Shown: piece by piece, positions 46,666-56,093 of the stretch | Layout of the letters: every line of letters starts with the position of its first letter | Position numbering within the stretch: the first letter of the stretch is position 1 | DNA from: Actinomycetes bacterium | GTDB taxonomy: Bacteria; Actinomycetota; Coriobacteriia; WRKU01; WQUG01 | NCBI GenBank assembly: GCA_031272275.1 | Contig: JAISUC010000023.1 | Span: 4,605-68,604, forward strand | Direction of reading: 5' to 3' | DNA: 64,000 nt | Program-made: the position numbers and the translations under genes | Notes under the pieces: model-generated | Databases searched by the model: none | What the model was told of the DNA's origin: nothing | Seen by the model: the letters and a program-made list of their open reading frames with translations, nothing else

Positions 46666-47343
46666 ATGAATAATCGCGCGCGAAACAGGCTCATCGGTAT
46701 TGCGGTCATTCTGGTCGTCGTCATCGCGGCGGCTTTGGTCTTTTTCTCGAAGGGGTCGGCCTACAATCTGACCATCGCGCAGGTCATCGGCGACACCGAA
46801 AACAACGGCAAACGCGTCAAAGTGTCCGGCACCGTGGTCGACGGCAGCTGGGACAAGAAAACCAACCCGATGACGTTTATGATCGCTGAAACCGGCGACG
46901 ACAGTGAAAACCCGCCCGAACTGACGGTGGTCTATACCGGGGCCTTGCCGGCCACGTTTGGCGACGGCGTCGAGGCCATTGTCACGGGGGAGTATGATGC
47001 CGACACCAAAACGGTGACATCGGGCGAGATGATCACCAAATGCCCCAGTAAATACGAATCGTCAGACGACGCCTATCAGGTCACGCAGCTGAAGGAACGC
47101 GCCGACGCGATGGTGAACGTGCCGGTGCGTGTGGCAGGTGTCGTCAAGGACGGCAGCGTGGTGCCCCCGGGTGGTGCGGTGCGCTTTGTGATCTTGAACG
47201 CCGAGGGCGCGACCGATGAACTGAATGTGTCGTTTGACGGGGCGCTGTCCGATGACGTGAAAGATGGCGCGCACGTGGTGTTGACCGGCGAGCTGGACCA
47301 AAACGGGGCGTTTTACGCCACGGAAGTCGCCCTGGAAAAGTAA
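46666..47343 (+). CDS. ccmE: cytochrome c-type biogenesis heme chaperone CcmE, CxxxY variant, fused to a second CcmE-like OB domain
   Basis: N-terminus MNNRARNRLIGIAVILVVV and OB fold align with CcmE; heme-binding motif is ITKCPSKY (C-x3-Y) instead of LAKHDENY; residues about 135-225 repeat the OB-fold pattern. Confidence 0.7.
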   Translation: MNNRARNRLIGIAVILVVVIAAALVFFSKGSAYNLTIAQVIGDTENNGKRVKVSGTVVDGSWDKKTNPMTFMIAETGDDSENPPELTVVYTGALPATFGDGVEAIVTGEYDADTKTVTSGEMITKCPSKYESSDDAYQVTQLKERADAMVNVPVRVAGVVKDGSVVPPGGAVRFVILNAEGATDELNVSFDGALSDDVKDGAHVVLTGELDQNGAFYATEVALEK

Positions 47344-47361
47344 TGTCCGGGAATGAGACGC

Positions 47362-47556
47362 GGATTGATCCGAGAAAAAGCTGCAAAGCTTTTTATTCGG
47401 TCAATCCGCAGGTTTCGGGAACGCGGTGAGGATTGATCCGAGAAAAAGCTGTAAAGCTTTTTATTCGGTCAATCCGTAATGCTTGGGACCACAGGGTTTG
47501 GGATTGAGACGCGGATTGACTCAAAAAAGCTGCAAAGCTTTTTATTCGGTCAATCC
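47362..47556 (-). repeat. array of 3 family A AT-rich nested hairpin elements (inverted relative to the 19618 array)
   Basis: GGATTGATCCGAGAAAAAGCTGCAAAGCTTTTTATTCGGTCAATCC at 47362-47407, 47430-47475, 47513-47556. Confidence 0.85.
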
Positions 47557-47605
47557 GTGCTGTCCGGGAGTTTCAGAGACGTTTGGAAACAGGGGAGAGG
47601 ACTGA

Positions 47606-49696
47606 TTGATGCTGCTGTTAGGTAAGGCGGGACTGTGGATCGGATTTCTGGCTGCCCTGGTGGCGGTTGTCGCGTTTTTGATAGGACGGACGCCGGATAA
47701 GGCGGGCAGACAGGCGACGAAGGCGGGCTTTTACCTGACCCTGCTTTCGACTATCGGGATGACGATGGCGGTGCTGGTGATTGTCGTTGCGTTCTTTGCC
47801 AAAGACTACAGCTTTGCCTATGTGGCGGAAAACCACAGTACGGATGCCTCGTCACTGGCGTGGCTGTATACCCTGTCCGGGCTCTGGGCGGGACAGTCGG
47901 GCAGTATACTCTTCTGGGCGTGGTTGATGACGCTGTTTTCGGGATGGCTGGCGATGAAAAACGCGCACCGCGATGACGGTCTGCCCGCGATGGCGTTGAT
48001 GGTCATGAACGTGATTGTTGTGATTTTTGCGCTGCTGATGGTCATGACCGAGGGCAACAACCCCTTTTTGGCGACACCGAGCGAATACTATGTGAACGGT
48101 CAGTTGGTGGGTGCGGCGTCCCAGTGGGGAATGAATCCGCTGTTGCAGCACTGGGCGATGATTCTGCATCCACCGACGCTCTTCATCGGGTATGCGGGAC
48201 TTGCCATCCCCTTTGCCTATGGACTGGCGGCACTGATTGTGAATGAAACGGATTCCGGTTGGGTCAAGGAAATCGACCGTATTACTGTGTTCAGCTGGTT
48301 GTTTTTAGGGATCGGCATCGGTCTGGGTTCGGTTTGGGCCTACGTCGTGTTGGGCTGGGGCGGCTTTTGGGGTTGGGACCCGGTGGAAAACGCCTCGATT
48401 CTGCCCTGGTTTGTGGGACTGGGCTTGATTCACTCGATGACGGTGTACCGGCGCAAGGGGAACATGAAGGTCTGGACCTTGATGCTGACGGCGCTGACGT
48501 TTGTGATGGTTGTCGTGGGGACGTTCATCACCCGCAGCGGCTTGGTTCAATCGGTGCACGCATTCGCCGAGGACCCGGTCGCGCGAAATCTGTTCATGGC
48601 ACTGATGATTGCGACCTTACTCAGCATGATAATCGGTATCATCGTGCGCTGGAACGGGCTGAAAAACAACACCGATTTCGAGGCATTGACCGGCAAAGAC
48701 GCGATGTATTTCCTGAACAACGTGCTTATGACCATCGCCAGCGTGATTATTCTGTTCATGACAGTGGCGCCGGCGATTATCGACCGTACCTATGGCGCCA
48801 ACCAGTACGAGGTGATCGCCCGCATTGTCGGTATCATCTATCTGTTGGTGATTGCCGTGTGCCCCGCGCTCAATTGGGGCAGCACCGATGGGCGCACGGT
48901 ATGGCAGCGGCTGCGCCTGCCGCTACTGATTTCGCTCATTCCCTTTTTGCTGTTGGTGTGGGAATGGATGGTGAACCTGCGCCCGGTGTATGCCGACATG
49001 GTGGCATTGGGTGGGGAAAATGCGGAAAAGTTCAGCATGTACGGACCGTTCCTGTATGACGTCATCACGCTGTTGGGATTTTTCCTTGCGTGTTTCCTGA
49101 TAGTCAACACGCTGATGCTGTTTGTGCGCGGGGTCCGGGCGCGCGCTGCCGGCACCGGCACCGGCATCCCGTCCGCAGTAGGTGCGGTCCTGTTCAAGGC
49201 TCGCAAACAATCGGGCGGCTATATCGCACATATTGCCTTGGGAATCATCGTGATCGGACTGATCGGTTCGGTCATGTATGTGCGCAGCGGCGCTTTCAAT
49301 GTCAACAATGAGGCCGGGACAAAGATCCAAATGGCAGACTACGTCTTTACCTATGACCACTTGGATTCCGAAACCCTGACCAGCGGGGATGTCGTCAGTA
49401 CCGCCGTCTTTAACGTCGAACGCGGTGGGCGCAGCATCGGTCAGATCGGACCCTCGCAAACACAGTTTGCCGTCCAGGGGCAGGTGCGCCTGAACGCCAG
49501 CGTGAAATCCGAGCCGCTGCGCGATATCTTCTTTGTCTTTAACGGGATGACCGAGGAAACCTCGTCCACACCCGCCGTGCTGCAAATTGACGTCAAAATC
49601 AATCCGCTGATTTGGTTTGCGTGGACCGGGTTTGGGCTGATGATGCTGGGAACCGCCCTGGCGACTTGGCCCAAGAAACAGGCCGTGTCCCGATGA
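47606..49696 (+). CDS. ccmF: cytochrome c-type biogenesis protein CcmF (heme lyase component)
   Basis: WWD domain WGGFWGWDPVENASILPWF, about 15 TM helices; TTG 47606 or ATG 47609 after RBS AGGGGAGAGG. Confidence 0.8.
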   Translation: MMLLLGKAGLWIGFLAALVAVVAFLIGRTPDKAGRQATKAGFYLTLLSTIGMTMAVLVIVVAFFAKDYSFAYVAENHSTDASSLAWLYTLSGLWAGQSGSILFWAWLMTLFSGWLAMKNAHRDDGLPAMALMVMNVIVVIFALLMVMTEGNNPFLATPSEYYVNGQLVGAASQWGMNPLLQHWAMILHPPTLFIGYAGLAIPFAYGLAALIVNETDSGWVKEIDRITVFSWLFLGIGIGLGSVWAYVVLGWGGFWGWDPVENASILPWFVGLGLIHSMTVYRRKGNMKVWTLMLTALTFVMVVVGTFITRSGLVQSVHAFAEDPVARNLFMALMIATLLSMIIGIIVRWNGLKNNTDFEALTGKDAMYFLNNVLMTIASVIILFMTVAPAIIDRTYGANQYEVIARIVGIIYLLVIAVCPALNWGSTDGRTVWQRLRLPLLISLIPFLLLVWEWMVNLRPVYADMVALGGENAEKFSMYGPFLYDVITLLGFFLACFLIVNTLMLFVRGVRARAAGTGTGIPSAVGAVLFKARKQSGGYIAHIALGIIVIGLIGSVMYVRSGAFNVNNEAGTKIQMADYVFTYDHLDSETLTSGDVVSTAVFNVERGGRSIGQIGPSQTQFAVQGQVRLNASVKSEPLRDIFFVFNGMTEETSSTPAVLQIDVKINPLIWFAWTGFGLMMLGTALATWPKKQAVSR

Positions 49697-50418
49697 GCGA
49701 ACGTACGGCCGCGGCCATACAGGTCACCGACCTGGTTCGCAGTTTCGGTGCGCGCAAAGCGCTGGACGGGCTGTCCTTTCAGCTGCCCGCAGGTGCATTC
49801 CTGTCCATATTCGGACCGAACGGCGCGGGCAAAACGACGCTGCTGCGCATCCTGGCCACGCTGACTGCGCCCAGCAAGGGGACGGCACAGGTTTTCGGCT
49901 ATGACGTGGTCAAAGACTCGGTCGAGCTCCGGCGCCGCATCGGCATCATCAGCCATAACCCACTGCTGTATCCGGATCTGTCGGCGGCAGAAAACCTTGC
50001 TTTTTTTGCCGATCTGTATTGTCTGGAAAACCCGCAGGCGCGTATTGACGAACTGCTGTCGGCCGTCGAACTGAAACATCGCCGCTACGACCTGGTGCGC
50101 ACTTTCAGTCGGGGGATGACGCAGCGGCTGTCCATCGCCCGTGCCCTGCTGCCCGAACCGGACGTGCTGTTTTTGGACGAGCCCTATTCGGGGCTCGACC
50201 CGCACGCATCCGACATTTTGGACGGGTTGATACGCTCGGTGCGTGACCGCTACACCTTTGTGATGGTCAGCCATGATTTGGACAAAGGGCTGGAACTGGC
50301 AAGCGACGTTCTGATCTTGGCACGCGGCAAAAAGGTCCTGTATCAGCAAACCGCAGACCTGGACCGCGAGGCTTTCCGGACCCTTTATCGGGAAACCGTC
50401 GGATTGGGGGTCTCGTGA
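49693..50418 (+). CDS. ccmA: heme exporter ABC ATPase CcmA
   Basis: Walker A GPNGAGKTTLL, ABC signature, Walker B LFLDEP; ATG 49693 overlaps the ccmF stop (ATGA). Confidence 0.75.
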   Translation: MSERTAAAIQVTDLVRSFGARKALDGLSFQLPAGAFLSIFGPNGAGKTTLLRILATLTAPSKGTAQVFGYDVVKDSVELRRRIGIISHNPLLYPDLSAAENLAFFADLYCLENPQARIDELLSAVELKHRRYDLVRTFSRGMTQRLSIARALLPEPDVLFLDEPYSGLDPHASDILDGLIRSVRDRYTFVMVSHDLDKGLELASDVLILARGKKVLYQQTADLDREAFRTLYRETVGLGVS

Positions 50419-51146
50419 AAGTATCCGCGTTCCGTCAATATCGGGCCCTGCTGCGCAAAGACATCGTCATGGAACTGCGCACCAAAGAAATGGTCACCAG
50501 CATGGGGCTCTATGCGATGCTGGTGCTGATCATCTACTACGTCGCCCTGTCCCAGGCAGGACAGGCCTTTGACGTGACGCGCATTGCGGCGGGACTGTTG
50601 CTGCTGGTTGTGGTTTTCACCTCGATGCTGGGACTGAACCGCTCGTTGGTGCACGAACAGGACCAGGGGCAACTGGAGGCTTTGCTGCTGGCCCCGGTGG
50701 ACCGCCCGATCATCTTTTTTGCAAAGGCCACGACCAACCTGCTGTTCTTGGCAATCGTCGAGGTCATCATCGTACCCTTTTTCCTGATATTTTTCGTCAG
50801 CGGCGCGGTCGTTCCCACCGGCAGCACCGTCGCGGTCAGCCAGTCGGGTCCAGCCTGGATGACGGCGCTCGCGCTGCTGATCGGCAGCATCGGGATTGCC
50901 GGGGTGGGGACACTGCTGGCCACGATGTCGGTCAACACCAAGGGGCGCGATTTCATCCTGGCGGTCCTGTTTATTCCCGTGATGTTTCCGCTGTTGCTGG
51001 TGATAGTGTCGGCGCTTTCGGCGGTGTTGACCGGGGACGCCGGCTACGCGCAGACTTTCTGGAAGATGTGTGCGATCGGCGCCGGCTATGATGCAATCAT
51101 GATAGCGGTCGCCTTCGCGCTGTACGAATTTATCTTGGGAGTATAG
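50415..51146 (+). CDS. ccmB: heme exporter permease CcmB
   Basis: Six-TM CcmB-like protein, GTG start overlapping the ccmA stop. Confidence 0.7.
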   Translation: MKVSAFRQYRALLRKDIVMELRTKEMVTSMGLYAMLVLIIYYVALSQAGQAFDVTRIAAGLLLLVVVFTSMLGLNRSLVHEQDQGQLEALLLAPVDRPIIFFAKATTNLLFLAIVEVIIVPFFLIFFVSGAVVPTGSTVAVSQSGPAWMTALALLIGSIGIAGVGTLLATMSVNTKGRDFILAVLFIPVMFPLLLVIVSALSAVLTGDAGYAQTFWKMCAIGAGYDAIMIAVAFALYEFILGV

Positions 51147-51983
51147 TTGAGGAACGTGCCTGATACGGACGGCGCCGCGAAAGGGGTTGGTAGCGTGAAA
51201 CGACAACTACAGGTAGCCATCATCTTGGCCATCGTCGGCGGCGTGCTGACGACCGCGGCCTTCCTCATGGCCTTCACCACCGCGCGCGTCCAAACCTTCG
51301 GCACCATCGACGCGCCCGCTGCGGTCGAGACCACCTATCCGCCGGCACCGGCCGCCATGCAGCCGACCGACGGCACGGGCGTACGCTACCAGCGCCCCTG
51401 GCTCAGCCAAAAGATCTTCTATTTCCACGTGCCCATCGCCGAGGCCAGCTTTCTGGTCTTTACCCTGGCGGCCATATTCGCGGTGCTGTTTCTGGTCAAA
51501 CGCAAGCAAAGCTACGACACCCGCAGCCGCATCGGCATGGAAACGACGCTGGTATTCACCATCGGCACCATGATCACCGGCGTCATGTGGACGCGCGCCA
51601 GCTGGCTGACCAACTGGAGCCAACTGGGCCGCGAAATGCTCAGCGAACCGCGCCTTGCGACCTACACCATCATGCTGGTTTTTGTGATCGCCTACTTTGT
51701 GCTGCGCAACTCGGTCGAGGACCCCGAACGCCGCGCCGTCTATTCGGCGGTGTTCACCATCATCGCCTGGATCGACGCGCCGATCAGCTTTTTCATCACG
51801 CGCATGGTGCCCTCGAACCACCCGATCGTGTTCCAGTCGGGCATGGACACCACCAACCTGATTCCCTTCATCATCGCCCAGATCGGTATGCTGATGCTGG
51901 GATACGCCATCTACGCCCTGCGCGTCGCCGAGGAAAGCTCGCGCGATACGCTGACCGTCCTCAAAGAACAACTGGAAGGATGA
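51147..51983 (+). CDS. ccmC: heme exporter protein CcmC (WWD-type)
   Basis: FYFHVPIAEASFLVF and MWTRASWLTNW (variant W-rich motif) align with CcmC; TTG start uncertain. Confidence 0.7.
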   Translation: MRNVPDTDGAAKGVGSVKRQLQVAIILAIVGGVLTTAAFLMAFTTARVQTFGTIDAPAAVETTYPPAPAAMQPTDGTGVRYQRPWLSQKIFYFHVPIAEASFLVFTLAAIFAVLFLVKRKQSYDTRSRIGMETTLVFTIGTMITGVMWTRASWLTNWSQLGREMLSEPRLATYTIMLVFVIAYFVLRNSVEDPERRAVYSAVFTIIAWIDAPISFFITRMVPSNHPIVFQSGMDTTNLIPFIIAQIGMLMLGYAIYALRVAEESSRDTLTVLKEQLEG

Positions 51984-52192
51984 CACCCATGGGAAACCTC
52001 ATCGACCCCACCAACACCGAACTCTACGCGCTGGTCCTGAAAGACGCGCCCTATGTGATTGTCGCCTACGCGGTGCTCTGGGTGGCGCTGGTCGCCTACG
52101 TCACGGTGATTTTGCGCCGCATGCTGAAACTGAACCGCGAAATCGAAGTCCTGTCCGAGGTCGTTGACAGCAAAGCACAGGCGGGGGAGTAG
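51980..52192 (+). CDS. ccmD: small single-TM protein, probable CcmD
   Basis: 70 aa, one TM then a charged tail, ATGA overlap with ccmC, correct position for ccmD. Confidence 0.45.
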   Translation: MTPMGNLIDPTNTELYALVLKDAPYVIVAYAVLWVALVAYVTVILRRMLKLNREIEVLSEVVDSKAQAGE

Positions 52193-52217
52193 GTCCCGGC
52201 GCGGGACGCACTCCCCC
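52183..52217 (+). repeat. palindrome made of the family C 15-mer and its inverted partner
   Basis: GGGGGAGTAGGTCCCG gcg CGGGACGCACTCCCCC spanning the ccmD stop codon. Confidence 0.75.
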
Positions 52218-52267
52218 ACGGACCGGCAATTGTGACCGCGACGGGTACATGAACTGAGGTTGGAACG

Positions 52268-53116
52268 ATGTTACAGGCTTCCATAGTGCTGTTTTGGCTG
52301 GCCTTTTGCGGCTTTCTGATGGCGAGCGTCTTTTACGTCTATTGGATTGTCCGCCACGCGACCGCGAGCAACATTGTGCCGCGCGTGATTACGGTACTTG
52401 CCTGGGTGGCGCTGACGGCGTCCATCGGGATGCGCTCGGTGGTCGACGGCGGCACGCGCCTGAACGGCCCGAACCAGCTGACGCTGATTGCCTGGGCTTT
52501 GGTACTGGTGTATTTCCTGATTGAATACGTGCTGCGTTTTTCGCGCTATGGGGCGATTCTGATACCGGTGACGGCCGTGCTGCTGTTTGTGGCACAGGTG
52601 GTGGCTCCCGGTTTGGTCAGCGCTGCACCGACGCCGTTGAACATCAGCGAACAGATGAATTCAGTCAACGTGGTGCTGCATGTGCTGCTGATTGTTTTCG
52701 GAAACGCGATGCTGCTGATCGGCTGCGTGGCGTCGGGTTTGTACATCTATCAGGCCTCGTCGCTGCGCAAACATCGCAACTCGACCCTGTCGCGGGCGCT
52801 GCCGCCGCTGGCAAACATCGAGCGCATGGGCTTGCGCATCGCAGGTATCGGCCTGGCGGTCTATTTCGCCGGGCTGATCATGGGTATCACGCGCGCGATT
52901 GTGGTCGACGCGCACCTGTGGTATACGGATGCGCGCATCATGCTGTCGGGCGCGGTCCTGGTGGTCTTTATGGTGTCGGTGCTGGGGCGGCGCCTAGGTC
53001 GGCTGTCGGGGCTTGCGGCCGCGCACATCGCGTGCGCCGGCGGCGTGTTGGTGCTGTTGCTGATGGTGTTGGCACGCACGGTACCGGTCGGTTTTCACGT
53101 GTTCGGCGCGCTGTAG
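52268..53116 (+). CDS. CcsA/HemX-like cytochrome c assembly family membrane protein
   Basis: Eight predicted TM helices; position immediately upstream of hemA, as for HemX in other hem operons; no WWD motif. Confidence 0.5.
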   Translation: MLQASIVLFWLAFCGFLMASVFYVYWIVRHATASNIVPRVITVLAWVALTASIGMRSVVDGGTRLNGPNQLTLIAWALVLVYFLIEYVLRFSRYGAILIPVTAVLLFVAQVVAPGLVSAAPTPLNISEQMNSVNVVLHVLLIVFGNAMLLIGCVASGLYIYQASSLRKHRNSTLSRALPPLANIERMGLRIAGIGLAVYFAGLIMGITRAIVVDAHLWYTDARIMLSGAVLVVFMVSVLGRRLGRLSGLAAAHIACAGGVLVLLLMVLARTVPVGFHVFGAL

Positions 53117-53363
53117 CGGCGCCGGTGTGGGTCGTGTGTGGTCGAGCCGGTCGGGGTTTGCCCGATTGATCGGATGTGAGCAGGGCCTGCGGGCGGGTAC
53201 ATCCCGGCGACCCTTTGACAAGTTCACGACGGGTGGAAATGGAGACTCGCCCGTGTGATATGCGCGCGGACCCTCTGTGGCCTGCTTGCCTGAACACCAC
53301 GCATTGTCTGCGGGGGGTCCGGACGCGCGCACGCACAGATACAGAGAGGATCGGAACAAAGGA

Positions 53364-54710
53364 ATGCAACTCGCCCTGGTGGGTTTGAGTCATAAATCGG
53401 CACCTGTCGACGTTCGCGAGCGACTGGCGTTTCCGGCCGAGGTACAGGCCGATGCGTTGTCGCAGCTGCTGTCGGTTGACGGCGTGCTGGAAGCCGTGCT
53501 GCTGTCGACTTGCAACCGCACCGAGGGCTATGTGGTCGTGACCGACGACTGCAACGGCACCGAGGCGCTGGGACAGTTTTTGGCCGACTATCATGGTTTT
53601 CAGTATGCACAGGTGGAACAGTATCTGTACTCCGCCGACGGCGAAGAGGTCGTGCGCCACCTGTTTCAGGTCGCGGCGTCGCTCGATTCGATGGTCCTGG
53701 GTGAAGCGCAGATCTTAGGCCAGCTGAAAGAGGCATACGACCACGCCTTTGTCGCGCGCGCGACCGGGCGCGTATTCAACAAGTTGTTCCGGCAGTCCTT
53801 CGAGGTCGGAAAACGGGTGCGGACCGAGACTGCCATCGGTGCCGGCGCGGTCAACATCGCCTATGCGGCGATCGAGCTTGCCAAAGAGCGCGTGTTCGAG
53901 ACGCTGGTGGGACGCAGCGCTCTGATCATCGGTGCCGGCGACATGAGTGAACTGGCGGCGACGCACCTGAAGGCAAACGGCGTGAACGAACTGATGGTGG
54001 CAAACCGCACGTTTGCGCGTGCCGAGGAACTGGCGGCTCGGTTCGTGGGACGTGCGGTGCCGTTCGAGGATCGCTATCAGTGGTTGGCGAAGGTCGACAT
54101 CGTGGTGTCTGCGACCGCCGCGAACGAATACGTGATTACCCATGCGGATTTGGCACCGGCGGTGGCGCGCCGGCGCGACCCGCTGTTTATGATCGACATC
54201 GCCGTGCCGCGCGACATCGACCCGGACTGCGCGGACTATGTGAACGTGATTCTGTACGACGTCGATGCGTTGGACGGCGTGGTTGCCGCCACCCAGGCTG
54301 AACGCGCCCGCGAGGCCAAACGGGCAGAAGCAATCGTCGAGGAGGAAATACGCGGCTTTGAGCGCTGGTTGGAGGTTATGGAGGTCGAGCCCACCATCGC
54401 CGCGATGCGCGCAAAGGCCGAGGCAATCCGCTCGGGCGAGCTGGCGCGTGCCATGAAACGGCTGGGGGGACTGTCCGACGAGCAGCAAAAAACCGTCGAG
54501 ATGCTGACGCAGTCCATAACGAACAAGATGCTGCACGACCCCACGCGTCATCTGCGTGAGGCCAGTGAAGGGCAGCGCGGCGTCGCCGTGGTCGAGACGG
54601 CGCGCTATCTGTACGATATCGCCGAGCCCGAGGACTCGAATACCGGATTTCGCCTGATTACCCGTCTGCTGGGACGCCGCCCCCGCGCCGTCACCGACCC
54701 TGCGGACTGA
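53364..54710 (+). CDS. hemA: glutamyl-tRNA reductase
   Basis: N-terminal [23 protein letters not shown], catalytic Cys in STCNRTE, NADPH-binding GAGDMSE; ATG 53364. Confidence 0.85.
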   Translation: MQLALVGLSHKSAPVDVRERLAFPAEVQADALSQLLSVDGVLEAVLLSTCNRTEGYVVVTDDCNGTEALGQFLADYHGFQYAQVEQYLYSADGEEVVRHLFQVAASLDSMVLGEAQILGQLKEAYDHAFVARATGRVFNKLFRQSFEVGKRVRTETAIGAGAVNIAYAAIELAKERVFETLVGRSALIIGAGDMSELAATHLKANGVNELMVANRTFARAEELAARFVGRAVPFEDRYQWLAKVDIVVSATAANEYVITHADLAPAVARRRDPLFMIDIAVPRDIDPDCADYVNVILYDVDALDGVVAATQAERAREAKRAEAIVEEEIRGFERWLEVMEVEPTIAAMRAKAEAIRSGELARAMKRLGGLSDEQQKTVEMLTQSITNKMLHDPTRHLREASEGQRGVAVVETARYLYDIAEPEDSNTGFRLITRLLGRRPRAVTDPAD

Positions 54711-54736
54711 TTGGCTTGACCTTGACTTTGTCTGGC

Positions 54737-54937
54737 GCTGAAAGATGATGCCAATAAAAAGCTTCACAGCTTTTTTTGGCCCACTTTCAGCTCGGTTGAC
54801 CTTGACAGCACCCGCCCGTCATTGCGAGGCGACGTAGTCGCCGTGGCAATCCATAATGGGTTTGACCTTGTGTGTGTTTGGCGCTGAAAGATGATGCCAA
54901 TAAAAAGCTTCACAGCTTTTTTTGGCCCACTTTCAGC
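54737..54937 (+). repeat. composite intergenic repeat: family A (54737-54791), family B (54817-54853), family A (54883-54937)
   Basis: GCTGAAAGATGATGCCAATAAAAAGCTTCACAGCTTTTTTTGGCCCACTTTCAGC twice, flanking CGTCATTGCGAGGCGACGTAGTCGCCGTGGCAATCCA. Confidence 0.85.
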
Positions 54938-54967
54938 TTGACCGACCGGAATGAAAGGGGTACCCCA

Positions 54968-55927
54968 ATGACGATGTTCGACACACCCGTGACTGACGCT
55001 GCCGGTCGCACGCGACTGGTCATCGGCACGCGCGGCAGCAAGCTGGCGCTGTGGCAATCCAACTACGTCGCCGGCCTGATTCGCGACCTGACCGGGCTTC
55101 CTGTCGAGCTCGACATCATCAAAACCACCGGCGACAAGATCACCGATGTCCCGCTGGCACGTGTCGGCGGCAAGGGCCTCTTCACCAAGGAAATCGAGCT
55201 GGCGCTGCTGGACGGCAGCGTCGACCTAGCGGTTCATTCCATGAAGGATGTCCCCACAGAGCTGCCCGACGGCTGCATTCTGGCGGGTATGCCCGCGCGC
55301 GAGGATGCGCGCGATGTCGTGGTGTCCGGACGCGGCTACAACCTGTTGACGCTGCCCGCGGGTGGCACGGTCGGTACCAGCAGCCTGCGTCGTGTCGCCC
55401 AGGTTCGCGCGCTGCGCCCGGATGTCGAAATCGTCGACGTGCGGGGTAATCTGGACACCCGTATGCGCAAAGCCGAGGACGGCGCGGTCGATGTGGTGAT
55501 ATTGGCGGCAGCCGGTATCCGGCGCATGGGTTGGGGGGATCGCATCACCGACTACATTCCGACCGATCAGATGGTCAGCGCGGTCGGCCAAGGAGCCATC
55601 GGCATTGAAATCCGCTCTGATGACCCCTTTATGGCAACGGTGTGCGCCGCGCTGAGTGACACGGCGACACTGACCTGCGTGCGCGCCGAGCGCGTCGTCA
55701 TGAACCGCCTGGAGGGCGGCTGCCAGATACCCATCGGGGCGTACTGCCGATACCGGGGGACGGACTTGATACTGGATGCGATGGTGGGATCAGTTGATGG
55801 AACGCGTATTCTGCGCAGCACCCAAACCGGCGCGGCAGATACCGGCGAGGCATTGGCACTGGCAGCCGTCGCCGAACTGCGCGCCGCCGGCGCCGACGAC
55901 ATACTCGCCACCATCCGAAACGACTAG
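54968..55927 (+). CDS. hemC: porphobilinogen deaminase (hydroxymethylbilane synthase)
   Basis: LVIGTRGSKLALWQ, conserved dipyrromethane-cofactor Cys region; ATG 54968. Confidence 0.85.
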   Translation: MTMFDTPVTDAAGRTRLVIGTRGSKLALWQSNYVAGLIRDLTGLPVELDIIKTTGDKITDVPLARVGGKGLFTKEIELALLDGSVDLAVHSMKDVPTELPDGCILAGMPAREDARDVVVSGRGYNLLTLPAGGTVGTSSLRRVAQVRALRPDVEIVDVRGNLDTRMRKAEDGAVDVVILAAAGIRRMGWGDRITDYIPTDQMVSAVGQGAIGIEIRSDDPFMATVCAALSDTATLTCVRAERVVMNRLEGGCQIPIGAYCRYRGTDLILDAMVGSVDGTRILRSTQTGAADTGEALALAAVAELRAAGADDILATIRND

Positions 55928-55963
55928 TTCCACGTTCAGCTCGATTACCCGCAACGCCCCGAA

Positions 55964-56090
55964 CGTCATTGCGAGCCCGCGAAGCGGGCGTGGCAATCCA
56001 TTACGGGTTTGACCTTGACCTTGTTTGTGTTAGGTGCTGAAAGATGATGCCAATAAAAAGCTTTACAGCTTTTTTTGGCCCACTTTCAGC
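55964..56090 (+). repeat. composite intergenic repeat: family B (55964-56000) then family A (56036-56090)
   Basis: CGTCATTGCGAGCCCGCGAAGCGGGCGTGGCAATCCA ... GCTGAAAGATGATGCCAATAAAAAGCTTTACAGCTTTTTTTGGCCCACTTTCAGC. Confidence 0.85.
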
Positions 56091-56093
56091 ACG

